Origin: the human T2T-CHM13v2.0 reference genome, Homo sapiens
Reading direction: 5' to 3' (one strand)
Assembly (NCBI RefSeq): GCF_009914755.1
Contig: NC_060938.1
Length of the DNA: 64,000 bases
Shown here: positions 1 to 14,118 of the stretch, in pieces
Position numbering within the stretch: the stretch's first letter is position 1
Layout: the number at the start of each line of letters is the position of its first letter
Made by a program: the position numbers and the translations under genes
Notes under the pieces: model-generated
Seen by the model: only the letters and a program-made list of their open reading frames with translations
Databases searched by the model: none
What the model was told of the DNA's origin: nothing

Positions 1-1962
1 CAGCCTCAGGTATTTCTTTATAGCAATGAAAGAATGGCCTAACACAGAAAATTGGTACTGAAGAGTGGTGTTTTGCTATAAAGATACATGAAAATGTGGA
101 AGTGACTTTGGAAGTGAGTAACAGGCAGAGGTTGGAAGAGTTTGGGGGGCTCAGAAGAAGACAGAAAGATGAGGAAAAGTTTGAAATTTCTTAGAGACTG
201 GTTAAATGGCTGCATTCTGTTCATGCCCTAGGAATTTGTGGAAGTTCAAACTTAAGAATGATGATTTAGGGTGCCTGATGGAAGACATTTTTAAGCAGGA
301 AAGCATTCAAGGTGTGGCCTCAGTGCTTCTATACTCAGATCCAGGAGCAAAGAAATGACTTAAAGCTGGAATTTATGTTTAAACAGGAAGCAGACCAGAA
401 AAATTTGGAAAATTTGCAGTCTGGCCATGTGACAAAGAAAGAAAAAAGCTTTTTCCAGGAGAAGAATTTGAGCAGGCTGTGGAGCAAACACTTGCTAGAG
501 AGTTGCATAATTAAAATGAAAGCCAGATGCTGATAGCCAAGACAATGGGGAAAAGGCCTTACATGCATTCCAGAGATCTCCATGGCAGTCCATCACATCA
601 CAGACCTTGAGGCCTAAGAGGAAAGAATGCTTTTGAGGGCCAGGACTTTACTGCTCCACACAGCCCCGGGACACTGCTCCCCACATCCTGGCCACTTCAG
701 CAGCAGTCTCAACTCAGAAGACCCCCGATACAGCTCAGGCTACTGCTTCAGAGGGTGCAAGCTATAAGCCTCGGAAACTTCCATGTGGTGTTAAGCCTAT
801 GGGCATGCAGAGTGCAAGAGTGATGGCTTGGCATTCTCTGCCTATATTTCAGAGGACGTATGAGAAAGCCTGGGTGTTTAGGCAGAAGCCTGCTGCACGG
901 GTGGAGCCATCACAGAGAACCTCTCCTGGGGCAGTGCCAAGTGGAAATGTGGGGTTGGACCCCCACACAGTCTTCAATGGGGTACTTTCTAGAGGAGCTG
1001 TAAGAAGGGACCATCATCTTCCAGATTCCAGAATAGTGGATCCACTGGCATCTTGCACTCTGTGCCTGGGAAAATTGTAGGCACTTAACCCCAACCCCTG
1101 AAAGCAGCTGTGGGGGCTGTACCCTGCAGAGATGCAGGGACAGAGTTTGCCCAAGACCTTGGGAGCCTACCCCCTGCACCAGTGTACCCTGGATGTGGGA
1201 CACATAGTCAAAGGGGATTATTTTTGAGGTTTAAGATTTAACGACTGCCCTGGTAGATTTCAAACTCATGTGGGGCATGTAACCTCTTTCTTTTGGCCAA
1301 GTTACCCCTTTGGGGATGGGAATGCCTGTACCACAATGCCTGTACCCCAATTGTGTCTTGAAGTAAATAACTTGTTTTTGATTTTACAGGCTCATAGGTG
1401 GAAAAGACTTGCCTTGCCTCAGATGAGAACTTGGACTTGGGACTTTTGAGTTAATGCTGAAATGAGTTAAGGCTTTGGAGGACTATTGGGAAGGCATGAT
1501 GGTATTTTGCAATGTGAGAAAAACATGAGATTTGGGGCTTGTCCTGGGGTGGAATGATATAGTTTGGATGTTTGTCCCTGCCAAATCTCATGCAATTTTA
1601 ATTCCCAATGCTGGTGGTGGGACCTAATGGGAGGCATTTGGGCCAGGGGGACAGATACCTCATGGCTTGGTGCTATCCTTGCAATAGTGAGTGAGTACTC
1701 ATGAGATCTTGCTGTTTAAGGATGTTGCACCTCCCCCACAACTCTCTCTCTTGCTTCTGCTTTGCCATGTGATGTGGAAGCTCCCACTTTTTAACTTTTG
1801 CCAAGAGTAAAGGCTCCCTGAGGCCTCCCCAGAAGCTGAATGGATGATAGCACCATGCTTGTACAGCTTGCATTAAAGCTTGTGAACCCATTAAACATAT
1901 TTTCTTTATATTTACCCAGTTGAAGGTATTTCTTTGTAGCAAGGCAAGATTGGCCTAACACA
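1..1962 (+). mobile_element. MaLR (MST-type) element: 3' end of 5' LTR (1-46), internal region (~47-1553), 3' LTR (~1554-1962)
   Basis: LTR end 'tttctttatagcaatg...ggcctaacaca' is followed by internal start 'gaaaattggtact'; the purine-rich tract 'ggggtggaa' precedes the LTR start 'tgatatagtttggatg'; typical MST/THE1 internal motifs. Confidence 0.9.
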
Positions 1963-1969
1963 TACCATC

Positions 1970-2356
1970 CCGATAGAGTTTGAATATCTGTCCCTGCCCA
2001 AATATCATGTTGAAATGTGATCTCTAGTTTTGGAGGTGGGGCCTAGTGGGAGGTGTTTCGATCATGGGGGTGAATCTTCATGAATGGCCTGGGCCATCCC
2101 CTTGGTGATGAGTGAGCTCTTGCTCTGAGTTCTCATGAGATCTGGACATTTACAGGTATGTGGCAGCCCCGCCCCTGCCAAAAAAGTAAACTTGCTCCTG
2201 CTTTCACCATGTGACATGCCTGCTCCTCCTTTGCCTTCTGCCAGAATTGTGAACTTTCTGAGACCTCCCCAGAAATGGATGCCAGCACTATGCTTCCTAT
2301 ACAGCCTGCAGAACCATGAGCCAATTAACTCTCTTTTTTCTTTTTCTTTTTCTTTG

Positions 2357-2407
<51 letters not shown>

Positions 2408-2824
2408 CTTTCTTTCTTTCTTCTTTCTTTCTTTCTTTCTTTCTTTTTTTCTTTCTTTCTTTTTGTTTTCTTTCATCTTTCCTTCTTCTTTTTTGATGGA
2501 GTCTCACTCTGTTGCCTGGGCTGGAGTGCAGTAAGTGGTACGATATTGGCTCACTGAAACCTCCGCCTCCCGGGTTTAAGTGATTCTCCTGCCTCCACCT
2601 CCCAAGTAGCTTGGGATTACAGGCACCTGCCACTACACCCAGCTAATTTTTTGTATTTTTAATAGAGATGGGGTTTCACCATGTTAGCCAGGCTAGTCTT
2701 GAACTCCTGACCTCATGATTCACCGGCTTTGGCCTCCCAAAGTGCTGGGATTACAGCCTCTTTTCTTATACATTACCCAATCTCATGGAGTTTCTTTATA
2801 GCAGGGCAAGGATGGCCTATTCCA
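1970..2824 (+). mobile_element. Solo MST-type LTR interrupted by an Alu
   Basis: Starts 'gatagagtttgaatatctgtccctgcccaaat'; MST body runs to ~2333 and resumes at ~2758 with 'ttttcttatacattacccaatctc...tttctttatagcag'. Confidence 0.85.
2334..2757 (-). mobile_element. Alu (S-type) with expanded (TTTC)n tail at 2334-2494
   Basis: Antisense Alu body 'gatggagtctcactctgttgcc...cccaaagtgctgggattaca' preceded by a long (TTTC)n tract. Confidence 0.93.
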
Positions 2825-3454
2825 CCCCCGCAGGATGTTATCCTTATTGAGACCAGTTGGCCAGAAGAGAAATTAAATTTACTGCACTCTGATTTGGTGT
2901 TGGTCCTACAATCCTCAAATAAGATTGATCATAAACTTCAAAAGTCTATTGACAAGGAAGCTATGCATGTTGCAAGTTTCATTAAAGAATATGATGATGC
3001 ATGTGGGGACTTTTTTGGCTGGTTGTGTTGTTTACTGTCCTCTGATTCTATCTATAACTTTCTTGTATGCCCAATCTTCACTATTTTTATACATGTATTG
3101 CTATTTTATCATTATATGTCTCTTGTCAATGCCATGCCTATTGTAGGAAAAGAAAAGGATGCAATCAAATACCCATAAATCATCATAAATTGTAGGATAG
3201 ATCTGATCCAGTTGGCTTTTCAGATTGAACCCTAGGCCTTACTCCCTCTCACCACTTAAACAATTGGCTATTAAATCAGGTCAGATTGTGTCCTTCTTCT
3301 GTGATCTGAACTCACTAATATTGAAACTATCATCACCAATGACAGATGACCAAATAAACAACCCTGGGAATGAGATTTCCTAGCATTGTGGGACTTCCTG
3401 CTGGTTGTTGGCCTTCACATACATTCCATAAAATGATCTTTGGCCAATAGTGGG

Positions 3455-3992
3455 GACTGAGGCCTCAACTCTGACCTTTTATTCTCTTGCCAAAAATCCT
3501 GTCTAAGGGGCCTGGAGATTCACACTCCACAAGCCATAAAATCTCGTGATTTTTTTTTCAATTAACCTGGTATAATGTGGCTTATTTTCCAAGCTGACCC
3601 TGCGATAGCATCACATAACACATGGCAGACCCCCTTATCTTAACTCAAGTGTTCCTTTCTACTGACTTCATGTCTTTACACAATGGTTTAACTCCCTTGA
3701 CCAACTGTCAACTAAAGAATTCCTAAAACTCACCTATGACTTGTAAGACCCCTCGTTGAGATGTCTTGCCTTTTCAGGATGAACCAATGTATACCTTCCA
3801 CTTATTGATTTACAATTTAATTTGCAACTTGTGTCTCCATGAAATGTACAAAATCAAACTGTAAGCTGACCACCTTGGGCTCTCTCTCTCAGAAGCTCTT
3901 AAGACTGTGTAACCCTAGGCCATGGTCACTCATATTGGCTTAGAATAAAGCTATCTAAATACTTTGGCAGAATTTGGTTTTTTCATCACCAC
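3455..3992 (+). mobile_element. ERV1-class LTR (MER39/MER34/LTR8-like)
   Basis: MER4-group 3' end 'ggtcactcatattggcttagaataaagc...tttggtttttcatcaccaca' with AATAAA; 5' boundary approximate. Confidence 0.65.
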
Positions 3993-4832
3993 AACTGAAA
4001 AAACTTGACCTTCACAAAACCACTTTTCTGTTTAGTAGAAATTTCCCAGGGCTACAAAGCCTTCACTGTATGAGCTGCAAATCAAGCCAAAATGTTATCA
4101 GAGATGAAGAGATGGGGATAGCCATCAGGCCTGGGGATGGACCTCCCTGGAGCTGGGCATTCAAGAGGATGAGTGCAGCAGAAGGCGTATCCAGGGAGGT
4201 CTGGTCTGCTGATTTTTCTAGGCATAAAGCAAATTTATTTTTTAAACTAAAATAAAAATGCATGCACTTTCAAATATACTTAGTGTAACATATTGAACTT
4301 AAATTCCAGTTTTCCTGGAATTACTTGTGTCTTGAGCTAAAGACTGTATTTGGTATAACAGGGAAGGAAAGAAATTATTTTTCCCACAAAATTAGTTTAA
4401 GAACACATATAATTAAACAAAATAAAAATATTATCTCATCTTTTAAAGAATATTTACTAATTCACAGATATTACCCGAAGTTTAGAAAACCACCTAAGAA
4501 CAATTGTTTAAAAGTTATTTAGGGAAAATGAAGCAAAATTGTTGTTACAATCTGAGATTTTAACAGCCAGTGCACTCCTGTTCCTCAGCTGAATGTCCCC
4601 TTCATTCTGAATGTCTGCAGTAGAATTGAACTGGGGAGCAGTTAGGTTCCAGGGAAATATTCACTCCTGTTTTCTTCTCTCCCCAATCTCAGCCTTTCGG
4701 TGACTGTTTGGGCAAAGCCTCCCTTGTGGTAAAAGATGCCTCACTTCTGGGGAGAGGAGGCTCCTCATCTTGCAGACAAGAAGCAGCACCCACTGGTTCC
4801 TGCTCCAAAAGCCATTATGAACATTATAAACT

Positions 4833-5116
4833 GGCCAGGTGCGGTGGCTCAAACCTGTAATCCCAGCACCATTTGGGAGGTTGAGGCAGAAGGATTGCTT
4901 GAGCCCAGGAGTTTGAGAACAGCCTGGGCAACAAAGTGAGACCCAATCTCTACAAAAACTAGAGAAAAAATAGCTGGGTGTGGTGGCACTCACCTGTACT
5001 AAGGAGGCTGGGCTGGGAGAATCTCTTGAGCCTAGGTGGTTGAGGCTGCAGTGAGCCAAGATCACGCCTCTGCACTTGAGCTTGGGTGACAGAGTAAGAC
5101 CCTATCTCAAAAAATA
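4833..5116 (+). mobile_element. Alu (J-type)
   Basis: 'ggccaggtgcggtggctcaaacctgtaatcccagcac...gcttgagcccaggagtttgag...ctcaaaaaataaa'. Confidence 0.92.
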
Positions 5117-7040
5117 AATTACAAACTGATTCACAATAACTTTGGTTTTGTCACTAATATGCTGAATATTTTTGTTACAACTAATATGCAAAATGCAAAC
5201 TGGCTATCACTACCATTCTGATAATGGTATTAGCTGTCCTACGTACCTGATGACCTAATGCTTAACCTAATGTTCCTCTTTCCCACTTTGATTTGGAAAC
5301 TTGTTGCAATAGAGTTCTTTACCCCAAAATCTTATGGAATTCAAGACAAGACTAGAATATGTTAAGATACCACAAAAACAAAAAATATACATAGTTAAGA
5401 GCTTTCATGAGTAAGCAAATTTTATACATATAAAAATAATTTACATGCAAATGACCAAGAGGAAAGGTTAAGTGACTCTAGTGTAAATAATTAGTTTTCT
5501 GATCCTGCCAGAGCATATTAAGAAAAATTCACTTTGGCAGAATTATATGGATTTGAAGAAGTAACAAGTGGGTTTCTCTAAAGCACAGTTTGGCTTTTTA
5601 CTAGAATATCAAGTCACCTTTTTTGGGTGAGGAGAGTACAAAGGGAGTGGGAAGCTGGTGAAAATAAACATTTAAAATTACTTAAAACTTCAACAAATGG
5701 GATCTGCATTTAAATCTGTTTTGGTCTATCTTCCCTTTGTTTTTTCTAATCCCAACAATGCAAACCTCAGCCACTGTCAAGGGCAATCTCAGACTGGGGG
5801 TTGCTGCCTAGGGTGGGGTTCTAGCAAGACTTACAAGCAGAGCTCAGGGAAAAGTCTGCATGGGAAAACAGAGCCAGACTTAGAAGGCATTGCTGATGAA
5901 TCCCATTTTCTTATTACAGGAGAGCTAGCAAAAACTGCAATATGATGTGTAAAGTCAGTGTAATCTTACGGAAGTCATATAAAAGTCACAACATGAGGCA
6001 TGAGATACCTCAGATGTTGTTCCCTCTAAATCTCATGTTGCATTGTGTTATCCCCAACGTTGGTGGTAGGTCTGGAGGCAGGTGATTGGATCATGGGGAT
6101 GGATTTCTCAGGAATGGTCTAGCATCATCTCCCTGGTGCTGTCCTTGTGATGGTGAGTGAATTCTTGCAAGATCTATTTGTTTAAAAGTGTGTGGTGTTT
6201 CCCCTGCCTTGCCAGGTGATGTGCCTGCCTGCTCCTTCTTCATCTTCTGCCATGAATAAAAGCCTCCTGAGGCCTCACCAGAAGCTAGGCAGATGCCAGA
6301 ACCATGCTTGTACAGCCTGCAGCTATACAAACTTCTTTTCAAACCTCTTTTCTTTATAAATTACCCAGTCTCAGGTATTTCTTTATAGCAATGCAAGAAA
6401 ATTGGTACTGAGACATGGGGCATTGCTATAAAGATACTTGAAAATGTGGAAGTGACTTTGGAACTAGGCAACGGGCAGGAGTTGGAAGAGTTTGTAAGGC
6501 TCAGAATACAGGAAGATGAAGGAAAGTTCTGAATGTCTTAGAGACTAGTTAAATGGTTGTGACCAAAATGCTGATAGTGATATGGACAGTGAAGGATAGG
6601 CTGATGCGGTCTCAGATGGAAATGAGGAACTTACTGGGACTTCGAAAAAAGGTCATGCCTGTTATGCCTTTGCAAAGAACTTGGCTGCAGTCTGTTCATG
6701 TACTAGGGATCTGAGGAAGTTTGAACACTCAGATGCAGGAGCAAAAAATGACTTAAAGTTGGAATTTACAATTAAATGGGAAGAGCAGACCATACAAGTA
6801 TAGAAAATTTGCAGCCTGCCCATTTGGCAAAGGAAGGTAAAGCATTTTCAGGGGAAGAATCTAAACAGGCTGTGGCACTAAACAGGCAACCACTTATTAG
6901 AGACATTTGCATAACTGAAAAAAAGCTAGGTGCTGATAGCCAAGACAATTAAAAAAAGGCCTTGAAGGCATTTCAGAAATCTTTGCAGCAGCTCATCCCA
7001 GCAGAGACCTAGAGGTCCAGGATGAAAGAATGGTTTCCTG

Positions 7041-7870
<830 letters not shown>

Positions 7871-9426
7871 TTGGACCAGGGCCAGGGCACCACTGCCCTG
7901 TACCACCCCCAGGAGGGAGTTCCTTGCATCCTGGCCCTTCTAGCTCCAGCCTTGGTTCAAAGGGCTCCAGATGAGCTCAGGCCATGGCCTCAGAGGGTGC
8001 AAACTATAAGCCTTGGTGGCTTCCATGTGGTGTTAAGCCTGCAGGTGAGCAAAGTGCAAGAGTGAAGGAGGCTTGTCATTCTCTGCCTAAATTTCAGAGG
8101 ATGTATGAGAAAGGCTGGATGCCCAGGGAGAAGCCTATGCCCGGCTGGAGCCCTCAAAGAGGACCTCTTCTAGGACAGTGCCAAGTGGAAATGTGGGGTT
8201 GGAGGCCCCACACGGGGTCCTGACTGGGGGGGCGGGGGCTGCCTAGTGGAGCTGTGGGAGGGGGGCTGCTGCCCTCCAGATCCCAGAATGATAGAGCCAC
8301 CAGCAGCTCATGTCTTCAGTGTAGAAAAGCTGTGGGAGCAGAGCTGCCCAAGGCCTTGGGAGCCCACCCTGTGCATCCTGGGAATGCTCTATGTTCCCAG
8401 GATGTGGGACATGGTTTCAAAGGAGATTATTTTGGAACTTCGAGATTTAATGACTGCCTTGCTGGGATTTGAACTTGTGTGGGGCCTGTAGCCCCTTTCT
8501 TTTGGCCAATTTCTCTCTTTTGTAGTGGGAATGTTTACCCAATGCCTGTACCCAAATTTTATCTTAGAAGTAAATAACTTGTTTTGATTTTACAGGCGCA
8601 TCAGTGGAAGGGACTTGCCTTGTCTCAGAAGAAACTGCACTTTCGAGTGATGCCGAAACAGGTTGAGACTTTTGGGGGACTATTGAGAAGGGATGATTGT
8701 ATTTTGCAATGTGAGAAGGACATGAGATTTGAAGGGCCAGGGATGGAATGAAATAGTTTGGATGTTGTACCCTTTAAGTCACATGTTGAATTGTAATTCC
8801 CAGTGTTGGAGTTGGGGTCTGGTGGGAGGTGATGGGGTCATGAGGGCTGATTTCTCATGTTTAGTACCATCCTCTTGGCACTGTCCTTGCAAGAGTGAGT
8901 GAGTTCTCATGACATCTGGCTGTTTAAAAGTGTGTGGCACCTCTCCCTGCTTGCTCCTGCTCTGGCCATGTGACATACCTTCTTTTGCTTCACCTTCTGC
9001 CATGTGTAAAACCTCCCTGAGGACCCTTCTTGAAGCCAAGCAACTGCCAATGCAAAGCTTCCTGTACAGCCTGCAGAACTGTGAGCCAAGTCAACCTTTC
9101 TTTTCTGTATAAATTATGTAGTGCTTAGGTATTCCTCTATAGTAATGCAAGAATGTCATAATACAAGGCATAATGGCTTGCATTTTAAAAATGAAAATTA
9201 GATTTATGTAATTTATCATGAAAAGATGAAATGAGTTAATAATGAGCAATATCTACATGTTGTCTTAGAGGTGCTGACAATCTGTCAAGGAATTACATGC
9301 ATTAATCAAGCAGTTTACCTTCAAGTTGAATAACAAGATATTCCTATCTAACATAACAAAATTTTGACATTATTTGGGAGACTGGAAATAATGCTACATA
9401 ATATCAGATTGTCAAAGCCAAATAAA

Positions 9427-10060
9427 TGTAGAGACAAACATCTGAAATTAAAATGTTTTATTTGAGATACAAGTATTACAATTTGACAGATACATGCAGA
9501 ATGGGTGTCTTTAGTATGTCCGAAACATAAAGAGAAAGTTAGAGGTTTTATAAAAAGGGAGACAGAGAGAAAAACGGTATGTATTTCTCTTTGAGAAAGT
9601 TCACTGGCACCAGTAAGGTTTTTGAGAGCTGGCAGGCTCTGATAGGTGAGGGACAGTGGTGGGTAAAACTAGTCTTAGTGTTGCAAGAGGTTGTTTCAGT
9701 AACCATTCGATAAAACTGGTTTCAGCTTAAAGCAGGTAATTTCAGCAGCCAGGCATGCAGAGAATTACGTGCTTGGAGTGGTGTTTTTGCCCTGAATGCC
9801 TCCTCCCCCTGGCTTCTTGATGGTTTTATTTGGTGTGACAAGAATGACCCAATTCATATGATCAATTTTTACATTTACCCCTTTCCATCAAGATCTTTCT
9901 CTTAAAGCATCAACCATGTTTATAGTTGTACAACGACTACAAGTTAGGCTTAATCATCCCTTAGTGCTAGGATGGACCTGTCCCAGTTGCTCCGTCCCAC
10001 ATCTGGGAAAGGTATGGAGGTCTACATCAGGTCTATGTCAAGATTTATGGCTTAAAACAT
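9427..10060 (-). mobile_element. ERV1-class (MER4-group, MER65-like) LTR ~9427-9873 plus adjoining internal fragment
   Basis: TG...CA bounded block with minus-strand AATAAA near 9460; purine tract 'aaaggggtaaa' immediately precedes the LTR on the minus strand. Confidence 0.55.
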
Positions 10061-10279
10061 CTATCCGAGGAAAAAAATAAAACTGACCAGTAATCCCAGG
10101 AGAGAAACATACCTTGGCAAATTCGAAGATATTTCTAATTTTATTTAACAAATTTAAACTTAATTAATGTATCAAAGATTCGCCTAACTCATGTCAAACA
10201 AAATATGTTTGGGTTAATTAATATATATTTTATATGAGCATTCTTTTATTCAAACCATCCTTTTTTCCTAGAATGATGG

Positions 10280-12642
10280 ATTAGGGGCTTTCGGTGTGCC
10301 TCAGCCACTTGGAAGTAGAAAAATAAGCATAAAGATAAACTTTGTGAGCTTCAATTCAAGAAGAAAAATAGGAATTCACAGGAATAGAGAAGAACACTCC
10401 AGACCCTGTGGAGGGGGAGGTGGGAAAGCAGCCTCTGCGATAGCATTTTGTTCATAAAAGGGAGTGAAACTGCAGTACGAGAGAAGAACATCCAGTCTCC
10501 CTCTGTGACTCACCTTTCCACTGGGGATCTGTGCAACCCAGATTAAGGGAGAGCAGTCTGTTTCTCCCAAGAAAGCACTTATGTGCTTAGAGCTGGCACA
10601 AAAGTGGCTGAGAGATGGGGAAAGAGGAAAGACACTCAGAAAAGCTGCAGGCATTTCCGCAGACCTGGGACTGAGAGAAGGATGCCATTTTTAATCTGGG
10701 CTCGTACAAAGTCAATCATTCTTTGGTGCCTGGCAATGGTGGCCACTGCAGACACTTTAATCTTGGGCTAGGAATTGAAGTGCTTGCTCTGGAGCAGGGG
10801 AGCAGCCTCCACAGCCAGAATTGAGTGTTGAGTGTGGAAAGTGCCCCAGCAGTAGGTGTTGGAATTAGGCTCTCTCCTCTTGCAGGACTGTAGTGGGAAG
10901 AGAGTTGCTAAAGCAGAGGTTTCTCAGGGATGGTGAGACTTGCAGCCAAGAACAGTTTCGCAACCTGGGACTGGTCTGTGTGTGTCATTGCTGGGTGTCC
11001 CAGCCTGCTCCCTTGGTCAGTTGAGAGAGTACCTCATCAGCTCCAAGAAACAGGAGGGAGGTGAACCCGTTTCCCCAGGAGACCTAAACTTTGGTGAGGA
11101 CCAGTCCTAAGGGAAGGAGGAATACAGCTTGCCGAACACAGCCCTTGAGTCAAAGGAAACATGATCATGACATCAGCTGCTGAAAGGGGCACACCAAAGC
11201 CTGGGAACAGATGTAGAGAGGTGGTCATCTCTTGCCCTCTGTCACCTTCCTAGTGCACTGCTGCAGACCCAGCAGTGGTCATCCTGTTGGGGCCCAAGGA
11301 ACGTGGGCTGAAAGAGGCTGCTTCTTAGGTTTCTCCAGCAGCTCTGCCCCTGCTGAAGACTAGTACACATGGGGACAGGGTGCTTTTGGCACTTTGTCAC
11401 TTCTGCACCTGTCGAGGACAAGTACACAGAGGAGAAGACCCTGCAGCCAGCTGTTACTCTTAAGCACTGTCTACTGGACTGAAGCCTGAATTACACCACC
11501 AAACAAAGATACATCACCACACCAAGCCACCACAGGAGCCTATCTACAACCAAGGAACTTGTACAGAGCATTGGTCCTCTGAAAGTACCCAGAAATGAAG
11601 CAAATTGATCCTATACAACATACACCACAGTCACACCCTTAAGAGAAAGACAGAATGAAAAATTAAAAAAAAAAAAACTCCTTCCAAATGATATCAAATT
11701 CAACAAAAGAAGCATCAAGTCTCTCAGATGAGAAGAAACCAGCACAAGCACTCTGGCAATACAAAAAGCCAGAATTTTCCATCACCTCCAAAGGATTACA
11801 CCAGCAAACTAGCAATGAGTCCTAACCAGAATGAAATGTCTGAAATGACTTGTATAGTATTCAGGATATAAGTGGCAAAAAAATTCACCAAAATCCAACA
11901 GAAAGTTGGAATCCAACAACAACCCCATAACAACGATCCTGGATTTGAATGACAAGATAGCTATATTGAAAAAGAACCAAGCAGAGCTTCTTGAATTGAA
12001 AAATTTACTATAGGAATTTCAAAAAGAGTTGGCAGCCTTAGCAACAGACTAGGCCAAATAGAAGAACTAATTTAAGAGCTCAAAGACCAGACCTTTGAAT
12101 CAACCCAGTCAGACAAAAATAAAAAAGGAATTTAAAAATAATGAACCACACTTTTGAGAAATATAGGATTATGTAAAGGAACAAAATCTATGACTTACTA
12201 TTGGCATTTTTTTTTGAGACAGAATCTCACACTGTTACCCAGTCTGTAGTGAAGTGGCATGATCTTGGCTCACTGAAACCTCCACCTCCTGGGTTCAAGC
12301 AATTCTTGTGCCTCAGCCTCCCAAGTATCTGAGATTACAGGCGTATGCCACCATGCCTGGCTAATTTTTGTATTTTTAGTAGAGATGAGGTTTTGCCATG
12401 CTGGCCAGGTAGGTCTCAAACTTCTGGTCTCGGGTGATACTCCCACTTTGGCCTCCCAAAGTGCTGGGATGACTGGCATGAGCCACTGTGCCTGGCTGAC
12501 TTATTGGCATTTCTAACAGAGAAGAAGTGAAAGTAAGCAACTTGGAAAACATTTTTGAGGATATAATTCAGGAAAGTGTCCTCAATCTTGCTAGAGAGTT
12601 CCACCAGCTGATACAAGAAATCCAGAGAACTCCCGTGAGACT
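10280..12642 (+). mobile_element. Old L1 (L1PB/L1MA-like) 5'UTR and decayed ORF1
   Basis: 'cagatgagaagaaaccagcacaagcactctggcaatacaaaaagccag' (QMRRNQ-type ORF1 start), 'gagaaatataggattatgtaaag', 'ggaaaacatttttgaggatataattcaggaa'. Confidence 0.8.
12207..12496 (-). mobile_element. Alu (S-type) inserted in L1 ORF1
   Basis: Antisense Alu body; TSD 'tattggcattt' on both sides. Confidence 0.92.
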
Positions 12643-13220
12643 GAAGGTAGGCAGTGAAGCAAATGTTTGCATTCTTGTGTGGCTCTGATTAGCATCAGGA
12701 TATCTACATTTTACATGGGAAAGGAGGGAGCAGAGGAAACAGTTAATTATGCGTTCATCTCACATTCAGTAAATCTTCATTTTACATAAGATAAAGTAAG
12801 CATGTGAATAGAGGGAGTGGAGTAGAGGAAAAGCCAACGATTCATTCATCTCAGGACAGGCAGAGGGATGATTTCTGGTCCTGACCTTGTCCCAGAACTA
12901 TGAAAATAACCTGGTAATTGAGACCGTCAGGGTGAAATTGAGCCCACTCACTTTTAGGGCTAGTTTATAGGTGGGATGTGCATTCTGAAAGATTTAGGGG
13001 CTCACAGCAAATTGTGAGGGAGGACATCTGAGGAGACATGCAGCCTTCTGTCACTGTGGGAACCTGGCTTATGGATGAGGCTATGACACAGGGTTGTGAA
13101 GTTATAGCTATGTGTTTGAGAACAAGGAAGGCAGTATTGCGTAACTCAGTTCCCAAGCTTAATTTTCCCTTTGACACAGTGAGCTTGGGGTTGGGGTCTC
13201 TATTCTCTTTTCTCTCACAA
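12643..13220 (-). mobile_element. MER4/MER41-group ERV1 LTR fragment
   Basis: 'cagttcccaagcttaattttccctttg...ttttctctcaca' end characteristic of MER4-group LTRs. Confidence 0.7.
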
Positions 13221-13412
13221 AATCATATGGGAACATTCCAGAAGATGTGAGGTTCTGCGCTCACTATTAAATAAGAATGACCAGGAGAGCCATGGGTAAG
13301 CTCCCTCCTCAGTCATCAGGACCGCAACAGAGAGTTTTCCCCTGTGTGGACAGGGTTCTGAATTCTGCAGGATCCCGTGGGGACACAAGTGTCAGGATAG
13401 AGGCACTTCTTC

Positions 13413-13697
13413 AGCCAGGTACAGTGTCTCATGCCTGTAATGTCAGCTACACTGGAGGCTGAGGTCACCTTGAGGCCAGGATTTCAAGACCAACCTGGGC
13501 AACATAGCAAGATCCCATATCTAAAAATAAAATTAGCCGGGTGTGATGGCATGCACCTGTAATCCTAGTTACTTGGGAGGGAGGCTGAGGTGGGAGGATT
13601 GCTTGAGCCTAGGCGTTGGAGACTACAACGATCTAGGATTACACCACTGCACTCCAGTCTCAGCAACAGTAAGACTCCGTATGTAACAACAACCAAC
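13413..13697 (+). mobile_element. Alu (J-type)
   Basis: Dimeric Alu with 'ggaggattgcttgagcct'. Confidence 0.88.
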
Positions 13698-13807
13698 CAA
13701 TTCTGCGTTTTGAGTGTAAATTACCATAGCCTTTGTAACAGAAATTAGGCAGCAACTCTCGTCATTCAAAATGCATAAGCAATTTGGCTAAGCAATTGTA
13801 CTTCTAG

Positions 13808-13808
<1 letters not shown>

Positions 13809-13851
<43 letters not shown>

Positions 13852-14118
13852 TTATTGGGACAGAGTGAGACTCTGTCCCCCAGACTGGAGTCCAGTGACA
13901 TGATCTCAGCTCACTGCAACCTCCGCCTCGTGGGTTCAGGCAATTGCCCTACCTCAGCCTCCCGAGTAGCTGGGGCTACAAGTGCGCATCACCATACCCA
14001 GCTAATTTTTGTATTTTTTGTAGAAACGGGGTTTTGCCATGTTGGCCAGGCTGGTCTCAAACTTCTGACCTCAGGTGATCCACCCACCTCGACCTCCCAA
14101 AGTGCTGGGATTACAGGC
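13809..14118 (-). mobile_element. Alu (S-type) with (TTTA)n tail
   Basis: Antisense Alu body after (ttta)n. Confidence 0.92.

Noticed and set aside
6082-6093. DUX-like motif (TGATCCAATCA; similar at ~25279 and ~33063) in MaLR LTRs
   Set aside because: Generic feature of MaLR consensus sequences and not the canonical DUX4 TAAT-type site; nothing specific to this locus
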